A stretch of 62,845 bases of DNA, counting the filler, from Atractiella rhizophila (taxonomy: Eukaryota): the NCBI GenBank assembly GCA_021432655.1. It is 3 parts of 3 records of this genome, joined end to end, with 100 filler letters (N's around TTAATTAATTAA, not from the genome) between each part and the next. Parts side by side here need not be neighbours in the genome. Positions count along the whole stretch, not along the records: positions 22,804 to 49,497 come from MU271756.1; positions 49,598 to 62,845 come from MU271760.1; 1 more part is not named here. One strand, given 5' to 3'. The translations under genes and the position numbers were made by a program. Shown here one piece after another: positions 41,786 to 53,503 of the stretch (position 1 is its first letter; each line of letters starts with the position of its first letter). The notes under the pieces were generated by a model. That model searched no databases. It was not told the DNA's origin and saw only the letters and a program-made list of their open reading frames with translations.

Positions 41786-43779
41786 ATGTCGTCCTCTTCT
41801 CCAGCTCAAAGCTTCGAGGTATGGCCAATTCGACGCGTCGAATGAAGCTTATGACGCGTCCAGGTGCTCAGCGCCGAAATATCAGACGTCCGGCCCATTG
41901 CGAGCGTGCTACGATGCATTTCTTTCTCTCCCGTGTGCTTCTCCGTCGTCCGTAACAGTGTGGATGTTGATGTGACCTCTGCGTTTGGTGGGATACTGTA
42001 GAGAGCTGTGCTGATGATTTCAGAGAATGGCATCAAGTTGACCGTCATGTGTGGCAAGACAGCTCAAGGTGATCTTTTGTCATTTCACTATCCTTCCATT
42101 TTTGTTTGTTCGCGTCGCGTCCTCGAATTGAATGAGGCTAGACTTTATGTAGTGACGCTGTGTGATTATTCAACCATCGAACGATATGCGTTGTTAAAAA
42201 ATTCTTCTGCCTGCTTTCATATTTTATCTCGATAAACATCTCCAGGTACAGGTCAAGAAAACCTGTGGAGTAAAAAAGAAACGACGCGTTGTTATTATGG
42301 GAAATATATCTAATCAAGATCTATCCAGAATCAGTCCTCGGAGAGGGCAAATCACTTACTGGAAGCTTTGTTAGGCTGTACGAAGCCAATGCGTGCATTT
42401 AGCTTCCCTTGAAAGTTTTGATAATTTAATTCGTCCTTGTATTCAACGTGAGCAATTACAATTAGCAAGGCAGAAGTGCCTAGTACAATGACTCTTTGAA
42501 AAACCTTCATACAACTAGAAGTACCAGGCTTGCATATCATTTCCTGACTCTTTTCCACAACATGACTGCTGAGCTTTCTTCTTTATGCACAGCGCACGCT
42601 TATCTCCTCAAGCCGCTCTTCAGCACCTACACCTACACTCCAGGCCTTCCGTCAACGATCCCAACCTCCTCACCCTCCCTCTCTTCCTCTCAACCAAATG
42701 GCAATGGGCCGTCCGCACACGACGACATTGAGATCAATCTACACACGATGATAGAGTGTCTCAACATCTTCGGGTCGTCCAATTCCTCCTTCGCAGGAGA
42801 AAGGAATGAGTGGAAGAAGAAGAAGAGGATGGGTTGGGGTAGCGATGATGAGGACGAATCGTTTGAGAGGGGGAGGGAGAGGGAGGAAAGTGGTGGAGGG
42901 ACGGGAAAGAGTACGAGTTTGAGGATCTCATATAGAGGCGAGGGACATCCCTTTATCCTTATGCACGTTTCATTCCTCACTTTTGGGGATTGGAACTGAT
43001 GCCGTTTTCGATGGGCATAGTTTGGAAGAAGGAGGTGTGGTGGCTCGATCCGAGCTCACGACTTACGAAGCAGAGCCTGAACTCGACCTTCATTTCGTGC
43101 ACGATGAGCAGAGATGGATGGTGATCATGAAGGTGCTGTCTCTCGTCCATCGGACCTAGAATCCACTTAACAAATGATGGTGTTTGATAGAGCCAATACC
43201 TCTCTGACGGTCTCTCCTCCCTCGATCCCTCTGCCTCCTCCCTCTCTTTCATCTTCTCTTCTCCCTCTTCCTCTCAAAACCCAAACAAAACCCCCACACG
43301 CTCTCGGCCCACAAAGCGACGAAAGACGGAAGAAGGTACTGGGAACGTCTTTCGATTGGAGGCGAAAGGAGCGTTGGGAAGTTCGTCAACTGAGTTTGGG
43401 GAGGATAGGGACGTCGTGGAGCTATTTGAAGGTACTGGAAGCGAAGGAGAGGAGAGGTATGCATACAAGTATGGGGTCATGTTGAACGTGAAGAAAGCGC
43501 TTCAAATATCTCAGAAAACTGTCCGTCTTTTTTGCTTTCCTGCTTTGTATTGACCGATGGTGGTTTGGGAAACAGTCGATGAGAGTTAATGAAGAGGGAT
43601 TGCTCAGTATGCAATTTCAGATGCTCCTTGATCCTGGGAGTGGCGGAAGGGGCAAAGGGGAGACACATGGCTACGTCGAATTTTTGGTGTGTATCCAATG
43701 TGTTTCCCCTTTGACTTGTGGCGTCGGCAGAGCTATATAATCGACTTAGTGTCTGCCACTGATTGACGGGGAGGATTGA
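41786..43779 (+). CDS. RAD1: 9-1-1 checkpoint clamp subunit, Rad1/Rec1/Rad17 family
   Basis: Spliced GIKLTV…QAHAYL…FSTY, IECLNIFG, LRISYRGEGHP..L, MKSQYL, and KALQISQKTSMRVNEEGLLSMQF. Confidence 0.82.
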
Positions 43780-44902
43780 GCACCTTCTAGATTCAGGCAT
43801 ATCATAGTTATCCAGGTAACAACTTCTATTTCTTCGAAAGCTCCAGCTAACTGAGACTGTGGATGGAGCAGCTTTGCGGCTTGCCTCTCTCTAACCCATT
43901 CCACCTGCTTCGACCCACCAGAATTCTTGTCATGTGCACATGCCACCACTCCATTTTGTCCCACAACATTTATTCTCACAGTCTCACGATCAGTGCAATG
44001 CAATCCATTATCCGTCAAGCCCCCGTCAAGCCCCTTTGACGTCTTTCAGCCATTAATCCGACGTTCCAACCTGGGAACTCGGTTCGAATTGCATCCACAC
44101 CGCGCTCTCCGCGATCTTGTCATTGGACCTAACAGAATGAATGCTTTCACACTGTTTCTGGGTTTTACTCCAGAAGGAGAAGAGGAACGAGAATGAGATC
44201 TGGAAGAGACCACTGCCTCTGCTTGGCATTTGCTCTGAAAGCGCTCATAATTATCACGTATTGCACTCATTGGACAGGAAGTTGCAGGAAAACTTTGTTT
44301 TTGCCTATCAGGCTCAATCCATCCAGTTCAATCGATCATCGATGTGCGGCAATTGATATCTATCATAATTTCCCTCCGAGTACGGGCCGCTCCTTTTCTT
44401 TCGATTCTTCGCGGACGAAGGCAGGGACAACGGTTCTAATCCTGTCTTGTCGTCTTTCTTCTATGATCTGCATCAGTCTGCATGCAGGGACGTAAATGTG
44501 TCATGAAAGGCAGCCGATATTCAGCCGAAGACATCATGTCTGACTGATGGACTGATCCTGATGTACTTGCCTGGACACGTTTTGGCTGAGTAGACAGGTG
44601 AGCGGACCGCCCTGCAGAATAATCACGCTGCGACACAGCAATGTTGTTCGTTAGAAGAAGGGACACTCCAGCGCCGTGACGAGAATTCATGCATCATGTG
44701 TGCGTGGAGGCACGAAAGTTGGGCTCCATAATTCGTAGTAAACACTCTCAATTCCAAGCAGAGACATCTAGTGTACAATATAGCTGAGAAGACATACTAA
44801 AGAGTGACTAGGCCATCCTCCTACACCTATCGAAGTGAATCAAGCACCGAGAGTCCATCTAGTCAGGAGATGATTGGGTATTCGCGCTGAGAGAGAAGGA
44901 GA

Positions 44903-45941
44903 TTAAGCGATCTGCTCCTCAGTCGAGACATCGATCCTAATGCCTCCATATTGAGCACGAAGCTGCATTTCCTCATCCTCGAGCTCCCTATCCACCCATC
45001 CAATTTTAGCTAGGAAGGAGTCTGAAGGAAAGTTCGCACCTCGATTCCTGCGTCAATTGGCAGGGGACACAGAAAACGGAGGCCAGGCAGTCAGTCACAG
45101 GGTGACCACGGATAGCGTATCTTTCCCTAACGCGACCACGGACAAGGCACTGTCGTTGCGTCCATATATGTGAGCGTCGGTGATGCAGACGGACAGAACG
45201 GGCAAGAGGGAAGAATGTACCTGGAGAATAGATGCTGCAGCACCCCCGAAGGTGAAGGAGCAGAGGGCATGAAGACCACAGTCTGTTCCGAGGCAGCGAC
45301 CACCAGAAGGATGGGCTGTACCATCCCTCAATCAACTCCATCCTGTCATAGGTGATAGGGGGAAAGGAAACGTACGATTTCCTGCAGCGTTGAGCCAATC
45401 GAGACGGCTCTTGTTCCTGCCATAGACGCAAGGAGTGCCTATACATCCGCGTCATCCCTATAAGTGCTTCTGCAAGTGGAGGGAGTGGGATGGCGGTAGG
45501 GATGGAAAGCCGAGACAAGAAAGGGTGACGTACACCAGGTCGCGGCACAGCAAGTTCCACAATCCTCGGTACATTCGAAGAGGCCGTGGTTCCACTCCCT
45601 CTGTCCATTGGTATCCATGGCCTTGTCAAGAGGGTTAGGCGCTGGCCCTTCCTGGCGGGGAGTAGATAGGGACATCATCGCCCTGAAGCTCTACACAGCA
45701 GCCACCATAAATCCATCATTGAACTGGCCCTTGATCCGGTATAAGAAGAAAGGCTTACGGGCTGTACACCCCTCACTCCCCTGGCAGGAGCAAAAGGCTC
45801 GGATTGAGCAAGCAAAGGCTCAGCTTCAACGTTCTTCTTGTCTCCAGGGACAACAATGAGGTCGTCAGACTCCTCGTATGAAGGTGGCGCTTCGATAGGC
45901 TGCTCCTGGGCGGAAATAGGAAGGGGAGCTTTAGAATCCAT
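44903..45941 (-). CDS. PLAC8-family Cys-rich protein
   Basis: REWNHGLFECTEDCGTCCAATWC, RVRERYAIRG…DCLASVFCVPCQLTQESRE. Confidence 0.88.
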
Positions 45942-46966
45942 AGTTGTGATTGCTGGTGCGTAAGAAAGCAGGGACAGCTAAAGTCGTCGTTCGTGGTTCT
46001 GGACACGGTGACACTGCTTTGTGAGTCATATACTGTTCGATTTCACTCCGTCAGACGCATATTGTAATGGTTACAACTATTTCATTAAATCATAAGGATG
46101 ATACGTAGACACCTATGGGTCTAGAACGAATGTACTCAAGGTTGCTTACTCATGGACAAAGGCTGGTTTGAGCTGGTGCTGCTGCATTTGAAGGATTTGA
46201 GGATGATAGTAAATGAAATTGTCAGTTATTCTTCTGTGTGTCCATCCCAGCAATAGCCTTTGTCTTCTTACAGTTGCTGAAGCCGTTTACGGTATCGTCT
46301 AAATGCCAGTGGGCGAAAGACGAAGCTTAGCGATTTAGAAATGTTATAATTATACGGCTTCTTAGCAACTCTTTCACGGAAGCAAATCCTGCAGCGATTT
46401 CAAAGCTTGCTATCTATGCGTGATGTTGTCTTTAGATTAAACAGTCTAGCATCTTTAACTAAGAAAGATGAGAGCTCTTGATAGCACCTTGCTCCTGTTT
46501 TATGTCTGACTCGACAAGTCACATATGAGTGGCTAACCTGGTAGTCAAAATGGTTACAGAAACTCGAAGTTTGATATTGACACGCCCATGATCTTTTGAC
46601 GATCAGCACCTTGCAAGCTTTCAGCCTTGTTTCAGCGCAAATTCACCTGTCAATGGCCTTAGCTTCTACGCACAGACATCTTCGAAATTGAGGCCGAGCA
46701 CGAAGGCAGAATACTTACCCGTTGATGCAATATGATAAATTCGAAAAAGATTCAGTCAATAAAAGCCCAGAAAACAAAGTTCTGGTCCTAGTCCAACGCA
46801 CGTGAGTAAGTCACTGAGTCGCGCGGTGATCACCAAAACTCATCAACCAACCGCTCTCCCAAGCTCACTCAGAGCTCTCCATTCAACGCTCTTTGATCGC
46901 ATCCTTTCTTTGCCACCAAGTCTCCAACCCAAGAACACATTCCCTGCACACCCATCAAGCCAACGC

Positions 46967-49497
46967 ATGACCTTCTTGAAGGAAATGGCACCAGAGGGCG
47001 GTCAGATGAGTAGCAGCACCTTGCTAGACATGAATTTGGGTCTCTCTTTCTTCGTTCCGGAAACTTCCAATCCACACTCTCATTTTCTCTACGAGCTTTC
47101 AGTCTTGGCCAACGTTCCGTATTCTGCTGAACCCGGGTCTCTCATGGACACTTGCTACAAGGGTCTCATAGAGGTGGCGGAAAGGGACGGCGTGGACGTG
47201 AACGAGGCCAAAACGACGCATTTCTTTGATACCTTTGACAAACTTTGGAAACCTTTCTCCAGTCTGAATCAGAAAGACTTCGCGGATGCTGTACTTCCCT
47301 CTCTACCTTACAAGTTTGTAGACGTTCTCTCTGACCCTTCAGACGCCTCCAAGTTTGAGGACAACGTTTATTCCCCACTCCACGTCGAGGAGCAAGCAGA
47401 ACACATCCTAACCTTTGTGGCTCGCAGAACCGGCACGCCGCGCACCTCGAAGTTTCGCCCCCAACTCATATCGCGAGCCATTGACATGTGGTGCTACGTC
47501 CTCAGATCAGGCCTCCCCCTCCGAGAATTCACTCGAATCTACGCCTACAATAAATTTGCCGGAGAATGGGTCCATCTCGTCAACGTCATGTCCTGGCAAG
47601 ACACCACCGACTGCCTGTTCTACAGCAGCTCTCGCTGGCGCCAGAAACCCCACGAAAGAGTCAACTTTAGACCACCAGCGGCGGAAACAGCTCAAGTAGG
47701 ATGGACGGAATTGGGCATGCCAGTATTCTACACCTGGCATACACCGGAAGAGCTGGGCTTGGAAGTAAAGAGGGAAGCGATGGAAGATGCAAGACGGGAA
47801 GAAGAGAGGGAGGAGGAACTGGAGGAGGAACAGCAGAACTCAGTAGAAGCAATCCAATACGTCCTCGAAGCCACCGAACCGGAAGAATTCAACCGTCGCA
47901 TCGAGGAGCGGAACCTATCGGCGCAACAGATCCAAGTCCTACGCATCTCCTTCGACAAGAACTACCGGAGGATTCAGAAGGGGAAGGGGAGGCAAGAAGA
48001 GCCATCCCTATCCTCCCATCACTTCACCAATGCCGGACTCACATACAGGCCATTCTCCGTGGTGAGACCGCAGGGCGGGTCGGCGGGCCCCCACACTGGG
48101 GGGGGTCTTCGCAACGACGCCTTTAACCAGTAAGCAGCTCCACGTGGTGGGAGTGCCTCTACTAAGGTGTGACGGCTATAGTACCGTACAACCTGTCGGA
48201 AACCCTCTTATTAGGGAGGGACCTCTCAACATCCCTATAACATCGTGAGCAGCTCCACGTGGTGGGAGTGCCTCTACTAAGGTGTGACGGCTATAATACC
48301 GTACAACCTGTCGGAAACCCTCTTATTAGGGAGGGACCTCTCAACATCCCTATAACATCGTGAGCAGCTCCACGTGGTGGGAGTGCCCGTACTAAGACGT
48401 GAGGGTTGCAGTGCAGTACACCCGATCACAAACCCTCACACTGGGGGAGAATTACTCACCTTCCCCCCAAACTCAGCTGCACAAATGACAGCGAACCCTT
48501 TTCCTAGCGAAAGGTTCCACAACAGCGCTCCACCACCACCACCAAGAACCCCCCATAGCTGGGGAGGCCCCCTCCCAGCCACCCTTAAGTCCACCTGGCA
48601 TCCCCAAGAAGGGACTGCAGTTAACCGCCTCCGAACACAGCTACCAGGAGCTAACGCTGGCCAGGGAAACCTTCAGAACCCCACACCCGTCAACCCACCA
48701 AATCACCAAGACCTGGGACAACAACAGCCCCGGGGTGGGTGGGGAGACACGGCACTACCCACGCAACCCATACAGCCCCTGCTGTCGCCGCACGCCCCGA
48801 TCAGGGGATTCCCCGCAAGCTTCGTGCAAGCAGCGGGCACCATCCCACCTTTCGCGAATCCCGGCAACACCCCCCCAACCAGAGCCCAATTTCTCCACGC
48901 CTACCAGAACTTCGCTCAAGCCAACCCCCCCGGTATAGGTCCAGAAGCGCCTCATCCGGCGAAGGGGCGACAGACACACCCACATGCCCCCCCCTCAGCC
49001 AGCGCGACCGCCCAGCCGCAGGAGCAGCCGGGGCACGCTCTGGGCCACGGTGGAAGAACGAGAGAAACTATAGACCAGCCAGAAGCAATGGCTTCGAAGG
49101 GAAAGCCCACAGCAAGGAGGAAGCATCGAGCTCCTGACTCCTCTTCTAGTGGGGATGACGGGGAAGGGAGGAAAAGACGACGGAAGAAGAGGAGAAAGAG
49201 CACACGGCACGCCAGCCGAGGACCAGACGCATCAGACCACTCCTCTAACTCAGACGCATCAACAGAGTCAGAGCGTTCGCGCCAGAAGAGACTAATCAAG
49301 GAGGCAAAATCTCAGAAAGACTGGAAGTATTCCGTCATCAACAAGAAATCCATTCCCACCATCCAAGTCGATTTCGACGTACCGGAGCTCAAAAAGAAAA
49401 TACACGAGAACCCACACGCCTACATCCCTGCCCACTTACCAACGGCGTGGAAACAACTCTCCGCAGAGTACGGGCTGGACGAGTCAAAGGAAATCAA
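46967..49497 (+). CDS. Element-encoded protein of unknown function, copy 1 (spliced ORF1+ORF2; possibly gag-like)
   Basis: First ATG common to both copies is 46967. Removing 48130-48181 and 48245-48411 joins the 443-aa and 391-aa ORFs in frame. Contains an acidic coiled segment, a Pro-rich region and a basic RKRRRKKRRK stretch. Confidence 0.7.
48130..48411 (+). repeat. 115-bp intron+exon tandem module (three intron copies, two exon copies)
   Basis: GT(A/G)AGCAGCTCCACGTGGTGGGAGTGCC starts at 48130, 48245 and 48360. Confidence 0.92.
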
Positions 49498-49597
49498 NNN
49501 NNNNNNNNNNNNNNNNNNNNNNNNNNNNNNNNNNNNNNNNNTTAATTAATTAANNNNNNNNNNNNNNNNNNNNNNNNNNNNNNNNNNNNNNNNNNNN
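49498..49597. other. Assembly gap with TTAATTAATTAA spacer
   Basis: N run with the same spacer as at 22748. Confidence 0.95.
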
Positions 49598-49649
49598 ATC
49601 AGCGCTATCACCTCGTCTGATGTTCGATGTTGAATCTCTGCTCTCCAGC

Positions 49650-51237
49650 TTGTTTATGTCATCGGCTTGCTGTCCTTCATGACCATCACGGCCGTAGTAG
49701 CTTCATCAATCAACCAGTCTTGAGTATGGTAGATTAACACAGTTCCTCTTTCAGGGTTCCACCAGTTGGAATCGACGGTGGAACATCGCTTCCTTTTCGA
49801 TGTATTTTCGAAAGCGTCACGTCCATCACATTCAGCTGGCCTCTCGAGAGTCGTACACCCCATTTCACGAATCGATATGGTTGTGGAAATGATGGTGGAA
49901 TCAGAATCTTATTGAGCTTTATCTGAGTGCTCGAACTTCTTCGTTCAGCACTTTCACAGTTTCTCGTCAGTCGCTCGAAAGGCAGCCGGAGACTCTCGAA
50001 GCGGCGAGGGAGGGACTTGTCTTCACAATTGGTGTGCGAAATCTTTGCCTTCGTACCAACTTCCGAACGGATGAACGCGAAAGGGAAACGCACCTTGGGA
50101 AGGGACAACTTTCATGCTAGCTTCTTCACCGGAACTAAGCTGTGGATAGCACCACTCCCATTCCATGGTCAGTGAAACATTGAGAAAACGCAACCTGTGA
50201 CATAAAAGTCAATGATAGCATTTTATCCTATAAGATGGGGACAGCGCAATCCGAAGTACTAGTTGGGACCGTTCAGTGCATACTATGTACGTCGATGCTG
50301 CTCGAAGAATAAAGAATCAGTGCATACTGAGCACGTCAATACTCGTCGGGAGAACAACAAAATGTAGGGTAAATGGCAAAGGGCAGGAGGTATTTGCGGT
50401 GTGGAAGCAGTATATGGTGGGATGGGCAGAGAGGATAGACACCGGTGAGTGATCTAAATGTAGAAAGTGAGAGGGGTTTGTTATGTCAGCTTCAAGCTTG
50501 GAAGAGAAGTTTTCGGCCAGACTGCAGGCTTGGATCAAGCAAGAATGTATTTCCTTTCTCATCTCTTCTACCTGTGTGGATTCAGTGCTATTTGTTGCAT
50601 TGCGAGCGTGCCCAGCACCTTACGACATCTCAATTGAAGCGCAAAAAGGCGTCTTGATCTGAGAACTTGTTAAGCCAAGCTTCTCGGTGGCTTTCCAGAA
50701 TGTTAGAGCGGTTTTGATCGCGAGGAGTTTCTGCCTTGAAGATGGGAGTGACATGTGTCTGTCAAATGATGCGACCGATGGGAAGCACCTCCACATCCCG
50801 AATTCGTTCACGATTGACGGAGACTTCAGCAATTTTGTGCTTCCACACGATGTGGAAGGGTCAACGTCATGTCCCACGAGGTTGAAATACTGTACAAAAG
50901 CGAGTTTGTGCTGCTGTCCCTCATACTCGAGATTGAAAAGAAGAAGGACCTGTGCGAGGCGGAAATGACGCTTTGCTGTTGCCCGCTTCTAACGAATCAC
51001 AACGCATCTTGCTGGATCCTGGCACATCTCGAGCGTACCAAGAGTCCTTAGCCCGAATAGAATACTTGATGAGTGCTTTTGCCTTTGTGAAAGCTGCAAG
51101 ATTCCTCCAGACAGAGGTAACAGCTCCGAAACGCGTAATGGAACCCTGAAAATCGGGCAACTGGTCATCATGTTCGTAGCCGAACCGTGCATCATCAATT
51201 ATAACGATATTCGATGGTTTCATTTCGTTGAGAAAGC
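49650..51237 (-). pseudogene. Degenerate gene fragments, weakly F-box/LRR-like
   Basis: Successive minus ORFs in different frames. SFLNEM…RFGAVTSVWRNLA loosely resembles the end of an F-box. Confidence 0.25.
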
Positions 51238-51671
51238 TCAAGATGTGATGGACGAAGTGCGAGATATTTGAGGATACGACACTTGATAAGCGTTTGGATC
51301 GCTCGATATATCCTTCCCTCCAGTGAAGCCAGGTCCCTTGATGGGGACAGCCTTCTCGTCATCACCCAACTCTACTCCCCGATGAGCTGTGATGGAAACA
51401 AGGATTGAATACGAACTCTTTCGACTTGTATGATCGTTTCATGCTGGACCGAAATGGCATTCATGAGCATGCTCGGTGTATTTGCCATTGACTTCGGGCC
51501 AGTGGTATTTCCCGGAGTAGTGAGGGATTCCCTCATCAAGAGATTCACAAGCAAGGTGATGGAGTAGGCACGGCCAAGATTAAAAAGAATGCCCGTCGGT
51601 ACATTGCTGAGATAGATCAGCAGAGGCAGTAGCCGGGAGCAGGCTACATACGTTGCATTGTTTTGCAAGTA
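51238..51671 (-). pseudogene. 3' remnant of a DUF6534-like membrane protein gene
   Basis: Intron-flanked exon NVPTGILFNLGRAYSITLLVNLLMRESL plus a tail exon. Its upstream part is replaced by the element terminus. Confidence 0.5.
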
Positions 51672-51860
51672 GGTTGGTTGATGAGTACTGGTGATCACCG
51701 CGCGACTCAGTGACTTACTCACGTGCGTTGGACTAGGACCAGAATGAAGTCCGTAGGATATCCGAAATTACACTTCTGAGCACCTCTCACAAAAGGCTTT
51801 CGTGAACTTTAGTCAAGATTCACATCCGTTGGATTAGGACCAGAATTTGCTCCTGGGCTT
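51672..51860 (-). mobile_element. Terminal relic of the 46758/60143 element (two tandem terminal motifs)
   Basis: 51672-51744 is the near-exact reverse complement of TTCTGGTCCTAGTCCAACGCACGTGAGTAAG…CAACCAACC. A diverged AAGCCCAG…TTCTGGTCCTAATCCAACG lies at ~51827-51860. Confidence 0.85.
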
Positions 51861-52045
51861 GACACAGCTGCCGTTCAGGATCACTGTCCGCTAGGTAACT
51901 CGCTCTTGACGATCCCGAAGAACTATCATGCCGCTCAGCAAAAAGAACTACTTGCACAGCATAGATCCAGTTTCCCTCAAAACTTTGTCCAAGGGATAAA
52001 GAATCGATGGCGTTCCGTGCCTGCGATAGAACGTAGCTAGTTTCA

Positions 52046-53503
52046 ATGATTATCAGCCGTTTAGCTGAAGCAATTCACGCAGCCTCATCTCCTAGAACTT
52101 TGGATTCGTCACCATTGCGACGTCGCCAAACATCCCCAATTGCCCTGTTGCCAATTGAGCTGCTCTTCCAAATATTTTACCTTTTCTCGCCTCCACTTTC
52201 TCGCGTGGAAGATCTGGATCAACAATTTGTCGCGCAATTTTGCATCTTTCGACAGGTTTCCTTCGCGTTCAGCGAAGTCGCCTTGTATGCCCTACGACAC
52301 TACTGCACTTCTTTTGACGATTCCTTTGTTCCTTATGCACTGAACATCAGGTATCTTAGAAACATGGCGACCGAACATAGATTTCTGAAATGGGAGAAGG
52401 GCGAATGGCTCAACTTGGGTCTGCCGCCTCCATTGTCCAACGAGCCGTGGTTAGAAATACTGCGCACTCTCCTTAAACATCCGGGCCATCCGAATGTGCA
52501 GATGTATAACCTTCCATGGATCAATTTTGGTCTGAATGACGTCTTGGGATCCATTTGTGCGCACCTACCAATGTCTTTGAGACTTTTCTTTGTAAATCAG
52601 CGAGCCGAACTATCTTTGCACCAAATATTCGATATCCTGTCCTACAAAGTCCAACGTATCGCGATATGTGGACTAATTCCTTTTCAACCACGTCTTTTGC
52701 GAAAAGCAGGACCGACAGCTTCAACGTCGTTGTCGAGTCCATGTCGATATCTTGATTTGCTTCGATGTAGCCTTTGTGATGAAGACCTGTATAGCTTGGG
52801 ACTACCCGAGAAAAGGAATGCCAATACACTGAGATTCAGCTCTTTCCATCGCTCCCTGACTGCTGATGGCTTATGTCACTTTCTAAAACGACTTTATACT
52901 CGTCATCTTGCCTGTGCTTTCCAGCAGCTTTCCGATAACAGCCAACACAGTTTGGATAGACCTCTCGACCGCGAACTGCTTGACACGCTCTCCAACAGAT
53001 CAGAGAGTACACTATATCTCGACGGAGGACGAGACGATTCGAGCTTTATTTCTGAACGATTTCTGACAGTCAATTTTGATTGGAACCGCCTTTCAGAACT
53101 TGTTTTAATTTATTGCCATTTTCCGTCCGGTGTAATCTGCGTGTTCCTGCAGGCTGCGTGTCAAATCTGCAGTCATGGACGTTGCAAAAAAACGATTGTT
53201 CAGCTGAAGCCGTTCTTTGGAGATTGTGATTTCTCTACCTCCTGGTTCTCCGAAGCACTCGGGACGTTCCAAACCTCACTGGTGTCGTCTTCCGTCGAAT
53301 TATTCCACAATAGATATTGGCAAGAACCACGCTATCCGCTTCAGTTCGATCCGTCGAGGTCTGGGACAGTGTACAGCATTTTCTGCATGGGGGATACCTT
53401 CGATGTTGATCTTTGGATTATTGATCAAGATGATGCGCCGGGAAACGAGGAGTCTATCTTCTTTTGGAAAAATTTCGATGTAAAAAAGCGGTTGACGTCT
53501 TGA
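52046..53503 (+). CDS. Intronless F-box-like protein with Leu-rich C-terminal region
   Basis: 485-aa ORF. PIALLPIELLFQIFYL…FRQVSFAF fits the F-box pattern, followed by LRR-like LxxLxL segments (CRYLDLLRC, LSELVLIYC). Confidence 0.55.
   Translation: MIISRLAEAIHAASSPRTLDSSPLRRRQTSPIALLPIELLFQIFYLFSPPLSRVEDLDQQFVAQFCIFRQVSFAFSEVALYALRHYCTSFDDSFVPYALNIRYLRNMATEHRFLKWEKGEWLNLGLPPPLSNEPWLEILRTLLKHPGHPNVQMYNLPWINFGLNDVLGSICAHLPMSLRLFFVNQRAELSLHQIFDILSYKVQRIAICGLIPFQPRLLRKAGPTASTSLSSPCRYLDLLRCSLCDEDLYSLGLPEKRNANTLRFSSFHRSLTADGLCHFLKRLYTRHLACAFQQLSDNSQHSLDRPLDRELLDTLSNRSESTLYLDGGRDDSSFISERFLTVNFDWNRLSELVLIYCHFPSGVICVFLQAACQICSHGRCKKTIVQLKPFFGDCDFSTSWFSEALGTFQTSLVSSSVELFHNRYWQEPRYPLQFDPSRSGTVYSIFCMGDTFDVDLWIIDQDDAPGNEESIFFWKNFDVKKRLTS

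Larger units (their letters stand above)
46758..49497 (+). mobile_element. Dispersed repeat element, copy 1 (unclassified; 3' part in gap)
   Basis: Highly similar to 60143-62516 starting from a shared 5' boundary ATAAAAGCCCAG, with unrelated upstream flanks. A terminal fragment also lies inverted at 51672-51860. Confidence 0.7.

Noticed and set aside
48130..48411. CRISPR-like repeat-spacer array
   Set aside because: The locus is eukaryotic, the 'spacers' are identical or homologous, and there are no cas genes. It is explained as an intron+exon duplication.
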